The notes below the pieces were generated by a model. It did no database searches. It was not told where the DNA came from and was given only the letters and a program-made list of their open reading frames with translations. This document shows, piece after piece, positions 9,980-19,734 of a stretch of DNA of 64,000 nt; the first letter of the stretch is position 1, and every line of letters starts with the position of its first letter. Source of the stretch: Myxococcota bacterium (GTDB lineage: Bacteria; Myxococcota_A; Bradymonadia; UBA7976; UBA1532); the NCBI GenBank assembly GCA_036337435.1, contig JAYZEG010000001.1, forward strand, positions 96,001 through 160,000, given 5' to 3'. A program made the translations under genes and the position numbers.

Positions 9980-10535
9980 GCGTCCCGCCGAACAACCACT
10001 TTGGTTTTTCGGATATGGTTCACTGATATGGCGCCCAGACTTTCCGTTTCTGGAGCAGCAGCCGGCTCGTCTTTCCGGATTTATTCGACGCTTTTGGCAA
10101 GGGTCACCAGACCATCGGGGTACGCCCTCAGAGCCAGGTCGCGTGGTCACTTTGGTCCCCGACCCTACGGGACATTGTGATGGGGTTGCTTTCAGAGTGT
10201 TGCCCGACCATCTGCAGTCTATTCTTGAGTACCTAGATGAACGAGAAAGCGGAGGCTACACGCGCATTATCTCACCAATCGACATGGGGCACATTGTGCA
10301 CGCCACAGTCTATGTTGCAAACCAAAACAACCCCCATTATTTGGGTCCAGCTGACTTAGACCAGATGGCCCAACATATCGTCAGAAGTCAGGGTCCGAGC
10401 GGAACCAATCTTCAATATCTGACAGAACTGGCTCGCAGCCTGGACAATTGGCGCATCAAAGATAAGCACGTCCTGGATTTACACGCTCAATGTCTACGGA
10501 TACAGCACTGCGAGGGCGTCTCGGATGAGCGCTAG
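9969..10535 (+). CDS. chaC: ChaC-family gamma-glutamylcyclotransferase
   Basis: WFFGYGSLIWRPDF, FWQGSPDHRGT, PGRVVTL, LDERE, GPSGTN. Confidence 0.93.
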   Translation: MTSERPAEQPLWFFGYGSLIWRPDFPFLEQQPARLSGFIRRFWQGSPDHRGTPSEPGRVVTLVPDPTGHCDGVAFRVLPDHLQSILEYLDERESGGYTRIISPIDMGHIVHATVYVANQNNPHYLGPADLDQMAQHIVRSQGPSGTNLQYLTELARSLDNWRIKDKHVLDLHAQCLRIQHCEGVSDER

Positions 10536-11135
10536 GCTTCCCGCTAACCGGTGGTCATCATCGGCCTGAAATAGAGACAGGACGCCTGGCGAACGCCTGG
10601 CTACTGACACGCTCTCACTTAAGGGAATGACGGCGTCATGTGCCCCATGGATGATCACAGTATTGGCCTCGATTACAGTTCGGGATGCGGCTCGGCACTC
10701 GGTCCAAAAAGAAAAAGGTAAGTCGACAAGCCCGCCAACAGCCGCATGCTGATACTGTATGAATCCACTCGACGACCATTGAGAGAAAGCCTTTTCTCCT
10801 AGCCTGTTCCGAAACGACTCATGCACACCGAATGCGGGTGCGAGCAAGATGGTTTTGTAGGCGTCTGAGGGCCGATTTGATAGTGCAACTGCCGATGCGA
10901 GACCACCCATGCTCGAGCCAACGAGCAGAGAGATCTCAGGGTGTAAATCGAGGGTTTCCGAGAGCACCGAGACGTGGTCTGAAAAACACCACCCCTGACT
11001 ATGAAGGGTAGGTGCGACCACCTCCATACCAAGGGAATCACGCAGGTAGGTTGCTTTTCGTCCGTTAGGTCGGCCCTCGAAACCGTGGGCAAAAATAACC
11101 TTTTTGGGGACAGTCCCTGTGGATTTCATGGTCAT
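10494..11135 (-). CDS. YqiA/YcfP-like alpha/beta-hydrolase (esterase)
   Basis: FAHGF, GSSMGG nucleophile elbow, HGAHDAVIP, DDHRL. Start 11135 is ATGA-coupled to the upstream gene. Confidence 0.88.
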   Translation of the reverse strand: MTMKSTGTVPKKVIFAHGFEGRPNGRKATYLRDSLGMEVVAPTLHSQGWCFSDHVSVLSETLDLHPEISLLVGSSMGGLASAVALSNRPSDAYKTILLAPAFGVHESFRNRLGEKAFSQWSSSGFIQYQHAAVGGLVDLPFSFWTECRAASRTVIEANTVIIHGAHDAVIPLSESVSVARRSPGVLSLFQADDDHRLAGSLALIRDALAVLYP

Positions 11136-12619
11136 CTTCGCAGCGTCCTCCTGGCCGTCCCAATGGAAATACACCAGAGGATGACTGTCGCAATGGCCGG
11201 CCCTAAAATGCCCATGCTAACGAAGACTGCTGTCCATCCCTCGACCTGCCCATGTAGAGAGATCGCTTGGACCGTCGACAGTACAAAATCCGTAAGGGTC
11301 GCTCCGGCTAAGAACATGCTGAGTCGAGGTGCTGTCGCATGTTGGACTTTGAGTAAGGCACTCAGCGAAAACAACCCTGTCGCCAGCAGACTATTGAAGA
11401 CGATCCAAGCCACCTGAATGCTTTGGTCACCAAACCAAAATGAACCGTCCACATTGGCTAAAAGCCCAGTCCAAAGTATGAGAATTAAACATTGAACCGC
11501 CAATAGAAGAGACCAAAACTGGGGGGTAACTCGTGCGAGCAAACGTCTGAAACTATCGAATAAAAACGCCCAGGTAGATTTTGGGGCGAAAGCTTTTAAG
11601 AGAACTGCAGTGGCTTTTACACCACTGGTTTCCCGAGTCTTCAACAGATACTGGGGCACCCAGCGATGTGGATTGAAACGACCTTTAAATCGATATAGCC
11701 CGTCAAAATCGTAAAGACCCTTTACCCAATTCAACATTTTATAACCGAAAGGCCCGATGACACTCGCCCCCCTCGAATCCGTCGACAGCCGAGCTAATGG
11801 TGCCAGGCCAAGTGTCGCAAAACTGGACCCGGTCGATTGAACATCGATCATCGCCGTGTGGATTAAGAGTTCACTGGTGCCATTGGGCGCATCAGGCGTT
11901 CTGATGACATCTTCAAAAAACCAACCCTGTCGACCGTACACGGGGACAGCGGCTAAAAAACCTACGGGCTGCCCACCGTGCAGAGCAAGAAAGTAGCGTT
12001 TCTCATTGGCAAAAGAGAATGGCTCTAAACTGACCATGAATTTGAGAATCCCGATTGGCCGAGCGTCCATCCAGCGTTTCATAACATGGCGAATCGCAAG
12101 TTTCGCCGTGCCCTCAAATTCACCCGATGGCAAAGCCTGTACCTTTTGAATTGATACATTCTTGTTTTTGGCGCGATTGATCTGCGCTCTCAACGTTTTA
12201 TTCTCAGCACCCTCAATGGTGTAATTCTGGCAATCCCATTCGGGTTGTTCTCCGATTTTGACGATATCGAAATGGTCTAATTCAGACCCAAAGTGAGACA
12301 AGGCCCATTCTTCCACACCTGCCAGAAGCACACGCCAACCATTGGATTCGGAAAATTGCCTAAACGCAGACAAGGCCATGCAGAGTCGGTCTTGAGACAC
12401 GATGGGTTGGCCGACAACGACGGCAAAACCACCGGTCACTAAGTATGCCACAGCGCATTCATGTCCATCATCGTCAGACCAAAACCAATAGGTGTATCCT
12501 TCTTCGAGCGCTTGAAATGCACTGGCAAATCGGCCGTGCTGACGGATAAGCGACAAAACCCGTAGACGGTCTTCGGCAAGGCTGGCTTCGTTGATGAGCC
12601 TGCTGTCAACGGACTGCAC
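11132..12619 (-). CDS. DUF2156 / aminoacyl-phosphatidylglycerol synthase (MprF catalytic domain) with C-terminal TM segments
   Basis: LRAQINRA, RTPDAPNGTSELL, LGLAPLA, YDFDGLYRFKGRFNPHRW.P.Y motifs, followed by about 4 hydrophobic helices. Confidence 0.85.
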   Translation of the reverse strand: MQSVDSRLINEASLAEDRLRVLSLIRQHGRFASAFQALEEGYTYWFWSDDDGHECAVAYLVTGGFAVVVGQPIVSQDRLCMALSAFRQFSESNGWRVLLAGVEEWALSHFGSELDHFDIVKIGEQPEWDCQNYTIEGAENKTLRAQINRAKNKNVSIQKVQALPSGEFEGTAKLAIRHVMKRWMDARPIGILKFMVSLEPFSFANEKRYFLALHGGQPVGFLAAVPVYGRQGWFFEDVIRTPDAPNGTSELLIHTAMIDVQSTGSSFATLGLAPLARLSTDSRGASVIGPFGYKMLNWVKGLYDFDGLYRFKGRFNPHRWVPQYLLKTRETSGVKATAVLLKAFAPKSTWAFLFDSFRRLLARVTPQFWSLLLAVQCLILILWTGLLANVDGSFWFGDQSIQVAWIVFNSLLATGLFSLSALLKVQHATAPRLSMFLAGATLTDFVLSTVQAISLHGQVEGWTAVFVSMGILGPAIATVILWCISIGTARRTLRR

Positions 12620-12906
12620 TGAGTCTACGCCCCTATCACTGGTTACAGACCCAAATAACCTAACTCGAAACTGGTAGCTGAGAAATCATAAATAGACCCC
12701 ACTGCTTTGGCGTTTCCATCGATGTTCGTGTTTGTCGACCAAAAATCAGTCTGATTTCTGTGAGAACATGGCCAAAAAATGATTTTCGAGTTAGCTTTTA
12801 TTGGTCTTTTGAAAAAACCTGCCCCCATACAACCCGCAGTGGAATTAGGGGCTGGCCAAAGTTCAAATGACGGTTTTGCCAAAGTCGGCGAGGAGATATC
12901 GTCAAC

Positions 12907-15900
12907 ATGAGTACGATGGACGACAAGAACGAACAGGACAAGGCTGAGGTAACCGAGCCAAACCGAGAGCAGTCGACGCAATCTAATTTCTTTGATGAAG
13001 ACGATATCGCGGAAATTGCGGCCGAGGCCGATGACGTTCTGAATGCACTCTTCGCCGAAGACGCATCGGGGATAGACGACATCCCCGCCGATCCAACTGA
13101 ATCGGAAGATCCCCCAGAATCTGACTCCATGTCTGCGACCATTGCCCTTGATGAATCTGACATTGATGAGGCCTTGGACAATCCAGCTTCAGGGCTCGGT
13201 ACAATCGCCCTTGATGACAACGACATTGATGAAGCACTCAGCCAAGCTCAATCCGGCGGCGCGACAATCGCCCTCGATGATTCGGATATCGATGCTGCCT
13301 TAGATTCAAATCAGGTTTCGCCAACACAGACCATCGCCCTCGACGAGCGTGATATCGATATCGCCTACCTGGTTGGCGACGAGCAAAATGAAACCAAACA
13401 AGCAGAGAGTATGGAGCCCGATAACGGTCCGTCCGACCTAGATAAAACCTTGCTTAGACTCGATGCCGTAAAAGGAAATGAGGCTGATGTCTCCGGTCAT
13501 TCAGAACCAGCGGGAGGATCAGCAGAAACTCAGTCCAATATCCTCGAACTCCAACAAGCACTCAAACTCGCCACAGAAGAGGTTGCCCAACTTCGCATCA
13601 AGGGACGAGAGCAGAAGGTCGAAGAAACGCGCCTTCGAACGGAAATCGGTCAAGTCCGCGATGAACTTCTCAAAGCAAAGCAGGACTTGAGTGAATTTAA
13701 ATCATTAAGTGAACAAGCCAACGAGCAGTTGGAAGAATCAAAGGCGTCTAGCAAGAAACTGCAATCATCGACGCGATTGATCGAAGCCCAGTTGAAGGAG
13801 CTTGATGGTGTCCGAGCTGAGGTGGAATCAGAGCGTGACCAAGCTCGCTCGGAGATTTCAACTTTGCGAACGAGAATGAGCGAACTTCGGGAAAGACTGG
13901 AGAGGACGCAAGCAGAAAGCGAGCGGCATTATATCCTAGTCACAGAAACTCAAACAAAAGCCCGCTCTAATGATGAACGACTCCGAACTGAGTTGGCCGA
14001 ACTCCAAGAGAAAGCAACGGCAGACACGCTGGACTTATCCAATCAGCTCGCCGAGTTGAAGGAAAGCCAAAGCGCGCTGGAGGACCAACGGGAAAAAGAA
14101 ACCAGCGCACTGGTTCGAGAGCGTGACCAGACCAAAGAGCGGTTGGCCGAGCTGAGGACGACCAGTGATGAACAGATCGCGCAGCTCAAAGCTGAATTGG
14201 CGCGCGTTCGCGACTCGTTAATCACGGAGCTCGGGGATGCGAAGCGAAATACAGAAACCATAGAGCAGGAGCTGGGGGCGAAGACGGCTGGTCTCCAAGC
14301 TGAAGTCGATCACCTGCGAAACAATCTCTTAGAGGCGGAACGAACACATGCGGATCGATTGACTGAAACCCGGGAACAAAACGAGGCCACTCTCAAAGCC
14401 CTGCGAGACGCCCATCGGGAAGCCATTGAAGAAATTCAAGCCGATATGGAAGCTCGTCTAAAGCAGCAGGCTGACGCCCATCTCAACGCAATTGAATCGA
14501 TTCAAACTGAGCATGCTAACGAATCTGATGAAGAAAAGAGCCGGGATGAATCTCTTGCAGCATTGCGGTCTAAGCATGCAAAAGAGCTGGAACGCATCCG
14601 CACCGAACATATTGCTGAGACGCTTGGTCTAAAGCGAAAACACACGGAAGCTCTTGAGGTTCGCGAGCGGGAATTAAAACATACTGAAGCTGAAAAAATT
14701 GACCTGCTGACAAAGCAACATAACGCGTCCATCGAAGCTCTAAAACGAAATTCAGATGGGGAAATCAAAGAGATAAAGGCTCAGCATGAGCGCGCGATGG
14801 CGACACTCCGAAACGACGGTGCTGGTCAATTAGAGCGACTGCGTGATGGCCACCAAAAACGTCTTGACGAGATGAATGCGGAACAGCGAAAAGCCACCGA
14901 GGGCTTTCACGATGCCTTACGCAAAGCAATTGAAGATGTGAATGGAGAACACCGATCAACCATTAATGAACTCAACCAGGTTCACAGTGCCGCACTAGAT
15001 AACCAAGCAAAACTGATGGATGAACGGCTGGCCGACCAAGCGAAGACACATGAAAAGACAATTGAAGCCCTAAAGGCAGACCATGCGAAGACCATCGGCT
15101 CACTCACTCGAGAGCATGGCTCGGCTTTCGATGAACTTGAGAAACGACATTCGTCTCAATTGAAGGCCACCATGGAGGAACATGGCACATTGGTCGAAAC
15201 GCTCACACAGGATTGGACGAATCAACTAAAAGAGTCTGAATCAAACTTAGCGACCGCACGTGACAACCTCGAAAATGCAGAGACTCGCTTGGCTGCCGAG
15301 CAAGAACGCATCTGGCAGGGCAAACTAAACGAAATGATCACCGAGCATAATCAAGGACTCGAATCCCTCCGTGTCGAACAGGCCGATGCGATGGCGGTCA
15401 TCGACTCCGAACTGAGCGCAGCCAAAAATGAACTGGCGACAAAGACTGCGCTGCTTGAGGCGAAATCTCAGGAAATGCGTCGAGCCGCGGAAGCTTCGGA
15501 AGCCCAAAACGTATCCCTAGAGAAGTCTGTTGAGGTCCTGCGGGCTGAAATCAATCAACTCAACGGGCACCTGTCCAAATCAAATCAGGACTTAGAGGCC
15601 AGCCAACTCCAACTTAGGCATATCACCAGTCGGTTTGAAAACGCGGATAAAGAGTTAAAAGAAACGGCCAGACGCCTCGCAAACGAGCAAAGCGCAAAAG
15701 CCGACGTCGAAGTTGAATTCGCTGCTCGACGGGCTGATCTAGAAGCCAAGTTTAACATGGATACGGAACGGCTATCTGAACTTGAGCGTGCACTGGCGAA
15801 CCTCAATGAAACACTGGCCGAGCAGGATGACAAAATGCGAGCTGCTCATGCTCGTGCAGACACTGCAGAAGCGCACGTCATACAATTACGGGCAGAAACA

Positions 15901-16035
15901 GCGGAGCTGCGTGAACAAGCGACAGCCCGAGAGGAGAGCTTCAAGAAACTCCGGATGGCCATAGCCGTTGCCAATACCTTCGCAGGACAAGTGGGCGATG
16001 ATGAAGCGTCTCAGGGTGGAGAACACGAGTCTTGA
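12907..16035 (+). CDS. large acidic coiled-coil protein (1042 aa), cytoskeletal or scaffold-like
   Basis: AGGAG RBS, acidic N-terminus with 4 TIALD repeats, then about 800 aa of E/K/R/Q/L/A-rich coiled-coil. No Walker motifs, no TM. Confidence 0.8.
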   Translation: MSTMDDKNEQDKAEVTEPNREQSTQSNFFDEDDIAEIAAEADDVLNALFAEDASGIDDIPADPTESEDPPESDSMSATIALDESDIDEALDNPASGLGTIALDDNDIDEALSQAQSGGATIALDDSDIDAALDSNQVSPTQTIALDERDIDIAYLVGDEQNETKQAESMEPDNGPSDLDKTLLRLDAVKGNEADVSGHSEPAGGSAETQSNILELQQALKLATEEVAQLRIKGREQKVEETRLRTEIGQVRDELLKAKQDLSEFKSLSEQANEQLEESKASSKKLQSSTRLIEAQLKELDGVRAEVESERDQARSEISTLRTRMSELRERLERTQAESERHYILVTETQTKARSNDERLRTELAELQEKATADTLDLSNQLAELKESQSALEDQREKETSALVRERDQTKERLAELRTTSDEQIAQLKAELARVRDSLITELGDAKRNTETIEQELGAKTAGLQAEVDHLRNNLLEAERTHADRLTETREQNEATLKALRDAHREAIEEIQADMEARLKQQADAHLNAIESIQTEHANESDEEKSRDESLAALRSKHAKELERIRTEHIAETLGLKRKHTEALEVRERELKHTEAEKIDLLTKQHNASIEALKRNSDGEIKEIKAQHERAMATLRNDGAGQLERLRDGHQKRLDEMNAEQRKATEGFHDALRKAIEDVNGEHRSTINELNQVHSAALDNQAKLMDERLADQAKTHEKTIEALKADHAKTIGSLTREHGSAFDELEKRHSSQLKATMEEHGTLVETLTQDWTNQLKESESNLATARDNLENAETRLAAEQERIWQGKLNEMITEHNQGLESLRVEQADAMAVIDSELSAAKNELATKTALLEAKSQEMRRAAEASEAQNVSLEKSVEVLRAEINQLNGHLSKSNQDLEASQLQLRHITSRFENADKELKETARRLANEQSAKADVEVEFAARRADLEAKFNMDTERLSELERALANLNETLAEQDDKMRAAHARADTAEAHVIQLRAETAELREQATAREESFKKLRMAIAVANTFAGQVGDDEASQGGEHES
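13138..13371 (+). repeat. 4 intragenic repeats encoding TIALD(E/D)xDIDxA(L/Y)
   Basis: Units start at 13138, 13201, 13264 and 13330 (periods 63/63/66 nt). Confidence 0.85.
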
Positions 16036-17318
16036 AATCAGACGTCGAATTAATTGCCGATAAACGGAATGGATGTACCCTCAAACCCGAGGACATTAAA
16101 CGGTTTGTTGCCGATTACGCGACCGGAAAAATCCCTGATTATCAAATGGCCTCAATGGCTATGGCGATTTACTTCAGAGGCCTGACATCAGAGGAGTTGG
16201 GACCGTGGACAGAAGCCATGCTTCATTCTGGGCGGGTCATCGACCTCAGCCATATCAAGACGATGAAGGTAGACAAGCACAGCACAGGGGGTGTGGGTGA
16301 TAAAATCAGCCTTCCATTGGCCCCCCTTGTCGCCGCCTGTGGCGTCCCGGTGCCGATGATCAGTGGCCGTGGTCTCGGACACACAGGTGGGACATTAGAC
16401 AAGCTGGAGAGCATCCCCGGCTTTAGGACAGACCTCGATGTCGAGCGGTTCATCAGCCTAGTAGAGACCATCGGGGTTGGACTCATCGGCCAGACAGCCG
16501 ATGTCTGTCCTGCGGACAAGAAACTCTATGCATTACGCGATGTGACGGCCACCGTCGAATCGATCCCATTGATCTCAAGTTCGATTATGTCGAAGAAGCT
16601 TGCCGAAGGGATCGATGCACTCGTCCTCGATGTCAAGGTGGGTAGCGGGGCGTTCATGAAAACCGTTGAAGACGCACGAGAACTGGCCCAGACGATGGTG
16701 GGCATCGGTGAATCGATGGGCAAACGGACGGTGGCTCTGCTCACGGATATGAACCAACCCCTCGGGCGAATGGTCGGTAACGCATTAGAAGTTCGTGAGA
16801 GCATTGATATTTTAAGTGGACGTGGACCCGAGGATGTTCGAGAGCTAACGCTGGCTTTGGCCGAAGTCATGCTCGAGCTGGCAGGCGTCGAACCGAGCCT
16901 GGCCAAAATCCGTCTTGACGATGGCTCAGGTCTCGCCCGATTTGCGGATATCATTGAGGCTCAAGGCGGAGATCGACGGGTTATCGAAGAGCCGGGACGA
17001 CTGCCCACAGCAAAGGAACAGCTCGTCTTTACCGCACAACAAAGTGGGGTTATAGAATCCATGGACACCCGAGGTATCGGTATGGCAGCGGTGCTGTTGG
17101 GTGCAGGTCGATTACGAACCGATGATCTCATCGATCCCAGCGTGGGTATCGAACTCGATGTTCGCTTGGGAGACCGGGTCGACAAAGGTCAGCCGCTCGG
17201 GACAATTCATCATAACGGTGACGGGGCATCCATTGCTAAGAATCGGCTCGAGAAGGCCATCGTGATTGGAGACGGGACGGCCATCGATGGGCCCCTCGTC
17301 ATCGAGCGCATTGGCTGA
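16032..17318 (+). CDS. deoA: thymidine / pyrimidine-nucleoside phosphorylase
   Basis: VDKHSTGGVGDK, MISGRGLGHTGGTLDKLESIPG, SSIMSKKLAEG, DVKVGSGAFM. Confidence 0.95.
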   Translation: MKSDVELIADKRNGCTLKPEDIKRFVADYATGKIPDYQMASMAMAIYFRGLTSEELGPWTEAMLHSGRVIDLSHIKTMKVDKHSTGGVGDKISLPLAPLVAACGVPVPMISGRGLGHTGGTLDKLESIPGFRTDLDVERFISLVETIGVGLIGQTADVCPADKKLYALRDVTATVESIPLISSSIMSKKLAEGIDALVLDVKVGSGAFMKTVEDARELAQTMVGIGESMGKRTVALLTDMNQPLGRMVGNALEVRESIDILSGRGPEDVRELTLALAEVMLELAGVEPSLAKIRLDDGSGLARFADIIEAQGGDRRVIEEPGRLPTAKEQLVFTAQQSGVIESMDTRGIGMAAVLLGAGRLRTDDLIDPSVGIELDVRLGDRVDKGQPLGTIHHNGDGASIAKNRLEKAIVIGDGTAIDGPLVIERIG

Positions 17319-18699
17319 AGAGATTCCCTGCGAGGCACTCCTCGACGAGGCACTCTTCGACCCCGATCCGGTGGTCCGAGATCGAGCGAATCAAGCACTT
17401 GCCGAGCGGGTCGAATCGGACTGGCTCTTGAAGACGATCGACGCATTGGATGCAGCCAGAGATCTGACCCGCAGACGGGCTCTGAGACTGCTGTCAAATC
17501 TGCCGCCAAAACACTCACACAAACACCTTAAAGCTGTCCTCACGAATCCGGATGCAGCTGTCCGGATCCGCGTGGCTGCAGCTCGTGTTCTCACAGCAAC
17601 ATCAGATGGTGAGATTCAAGAATTCAAGACGGCTTTAACAGCTGATCAGGTCAAAATTAGACGTGCATCCGCAACGGTATCTGCTCCAAAAGCAGCTTTG
17701 ATGAGCGCACTTTTTGATACCGATACCGAGGTTGTGAATCGAGCCGCCCATGCGCTTTTAAAGAGAGAAATTAAACTGCCACGGGCGCTCTTGACTCGAT
17801 TCGAATCGGTCTCAATTCAGCCGTCTGAAAATCTAGTGCGCTTGATTGCATTTTCGGACTCAGAGTCACATCTACTCCACGGATTCGCCCAGCTCGGTAT
17901 CAACGCTGCCTACGACTACTCCACCTCTGTAGACACACTCGCTGATCGACCCATATTGAAAGCCTGGGCTCTGGCCGAACAAGGCCGGTTTGACCAACTG
18001 CAAGGGGGTCCGAAAGAGCCCTATGTGAGAGCATGTCTGGCACGACATCTTCCAATAGATCACCCACAACTTCAGAGGCTCATCCATGATGCTGACACGG
18101 CGGTCTCCTGGTTCGCTGAGCAAAATCTGGCAGGCCGATATGCTGACGACCAAATGGCAAAGCGCCTAGAACCCGATCCGATCCAGTTGTCACCCAGCAG
18201 TCAAGCACCCTACGGACTGAGGGCGTCCGACAGGATAGGACCCACCCAACGAGTCGACGCGTGCCTGGCTCTTAACCAGCCCCGATTTAATATGAATCTT
18301 GGGGTCGCGATGCGCAGTGCAGAAGCCGCCGGGATCAATCGAGTCGTGTTTGTAGGCCGAGGTGATTTCATGCGGAGTCCGGCCCGTGGTGCCGACCTGG
18401 CACTAGATGTGACAACGTGTTCAGACGCCGCAGCACTGGTGACCTTCGCGCGGGAAAACAATTACCAAATTGTCGCCATACAGCAAACGGCGTCCAGTGT
18501 GGATTATCATCGAGCCACGTATCCACCCAAGCCCCTGTTCGTGGTCGGCTCTGAAGATGCTGGTATGCCAAAAGCACTCAGAGAAGCGGCTGACTTGGTG
18601 GTTCAGATCCCGCAATTTGGCCTGATTGACAGCCTCAATGTAGCTACGGCTGCGACGGTGGTCCTCTTTCATTGGCGTGTCCATCTCACAAATAGCTAA
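17311..18699 (+). CDS. HEAT-repeat domain fused to a TrmH/SpoU-family RNA 2'-O-methyltransferase
   Basis: N-terminal HEAT-like units (LFDPDPVVRDRA, NPDAAVRIRVAAARVL, LFDTDTEVVNRAA). C-terminal SPOUT motifs NLGVAMRSA, VVGSEDAG, IPQFGLIDSLNVATA. Start placed at TTG 17311. Confidence 0.85.
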   Translation: MAEEIPCEALLDEALFDPDPVVRDRANQALAERVESDWLLKTIDALDAARDLTRRRALRLLSNLPPKHSHKHLKAVLTNPDAAVRIRVAAARVLTATSDGEIQEFKTALTADQVKIRRASATVSAPKAALMSALFDTDTEVVNRAAHALLKREIKLPRALLTRFESVSIQPSENLVRLIAFSDSESHLLHGFAQLGINAAYDYSTSVDTLADRPILKAWALAEQGRFDQLQGGPKEPYVRACLARHLPIDHPQLQRLIHDADTAVSWFAEQNLAGRYADDQMAKRLEPDPIQLSPSSQAPYGLRASDRIGPTQRVDACLALNQPRFNMNLGVAMRSAEAAGINRVVFVGRGDFMRSPARGADLALDVTTCSDAAALVTFARENNYQIVAIQQTASSVDYHRATYPPKPLFVVGSEDAGMPKALREAADLVVQIPQFGLIDSLNVATAATVVLFHWRVHLTNS

Positions 18700-18826
18700 G
18701 CGGTTGAGACGGGGCTGCAGTCTTCTTCGAAATGCCGATTCTGTGAGAGTTCTAAGTCATTCAGAGAGCCACAGTTGATCCCGAAAGTCAGCCGGGATAG
18801 GGTCAACCAATTGATTGGAGGATGAC

Positions 18827-19651
18827 ATGTTCCTAGCTGCTTGCATTCAACTCAGATGCACGATGGATATCGAACGGAATCTACAGATGACCGAGACCTT
18901 GGTGCGTCGGGCGGCGAAAGCCGGTGCGAAACTGGTTGCGACTCCAGAAAACACGTCGCTCCTAGGCCCCCAGTTCCATAAGGTCGATTTGGCTCAGCCG
19001 GTCGATGGGGAGATCGGTCAAAGACTCAGCCGACTGGCAATGGAAACGGAAACCTATCTTTTAATCGGGTCTCTCAATGAAGAACGTAGATTGGTCAACG
19101 GTCAGATCGACACCCAGCGCTGCTACAACACAAGTCTCCTATTCGGCCCAGATGGACACCTCATTGAGCGCTATCGTAAGATTCATTTGTTTGATGTGGA
19201 TGTGCCAGGGGGTCTGTGCGTGCGGGAGTCAGACACCATTTGTCCGGGTGACACCGTGACAGTTGCCGACACACCCCTAGGCAAACTGGGGATGAGCATC
19301 TGCTACGATCTGCGGTTTCCAGAACTGTTTCGTATGCATGTGGACAAAGGTGCAGACTTCATCGCGATCCCGTCCGCATTTACCCTCACAACAGGCAAAG
19401 ACCACTGGCATGCCCTACTGCGAGCACGCGCCATCGAGACCCAGTGCTGGGTCCTCGCACCAGCTCAGTGGGGCATTCACGACGACGAGGGTAAGAGACA
19501 CAGTTACGGACACAGTGTCATCATAGACCCCTGGGGAACCATCGTTGCTGAGTGCGGCGATGGAGAGGGGATTTGCTTCGCCGAGATTAATCTGGAGTAC
19601 ACCCAGCAAGTCAGAACAGCGATTCCCGTCCGAAATCATCGACGGGTCTGA
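18827..19651 (+). CDS. carbon-nitrogen hydrolase (Nit1/YbeM-like, deaminated-glutathione amidase type)
   Basis: TPEN, YRKIHLFD, ICYDLRFPE triad, LLRARAIETQC, YGHSVIIDPWG. GGAGG RBS. Confidence 0.92.
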   Translation: MFLAACIQLRCTMDIERNLQMTETLVRRAAKAGAKLVATPENTSLLGPQFHKVDLAQPVDGEIGQRLSRLAMETETYLLIGSLNEERRLVNGQIDTQRCYNTSLLFGPDGHLIERYRKIHLFDVDVPGGLCVRESDTICPGDTVTVADTPLGKLGMSICYDLRFPELFRMHVDKGADFIAIPSAFTLTTGKDHWHALLRARAIETQCWVLAPAQWGIHDDEGKRHSYGHSVIIDPWGTIVAECGDGEGICFAEINLEYTQQVRTAIPVRNHRRV

Positions 19652-19685
19652 CCGAACGAACCGCAACATTTCAAATCACCGACAG

Positions 19686-19734
19686 AGTCTAGGTTACCTA
19701 AATTTAGACTATTGTTTTCAGGCTGTTGTATACT
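19686..19734 (+). promoter_or_regulatory. candidate sigma70 promoter with overlapping inverted repeat upstream of nadE
   Basis: TAGACT (19705-10), 18 bp spacer, TATACT (19729-34). Inverted repeat AGTCTA(19686-91)/TAGACT(19705-10) with an internal near-palindrome TAGGTTACCTA. Confidence 0.3.

Noticed and set aside
12643..12981. 112-aa minus-strand ORF in the AT-rich divergent region
   Set aside because: It overlaps the start of the coiled-coil gene and has an atypical composition. Better explained as promoter DNA.
12907..16035. SMC/Rad50-type ATPase or phage tape-measure protein
   Set aside because: No Walker A/B or signature motifs, and no phage genes nearby.
18774..18807. Hairpin upstream of the carbon-nitrogen hydrolase as a riboswitch
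   Set aside because: Only short alternative stems (ATCCCG/CGGGAT, GTTGA/TCAAC) and no recognisable aptamer consensus.
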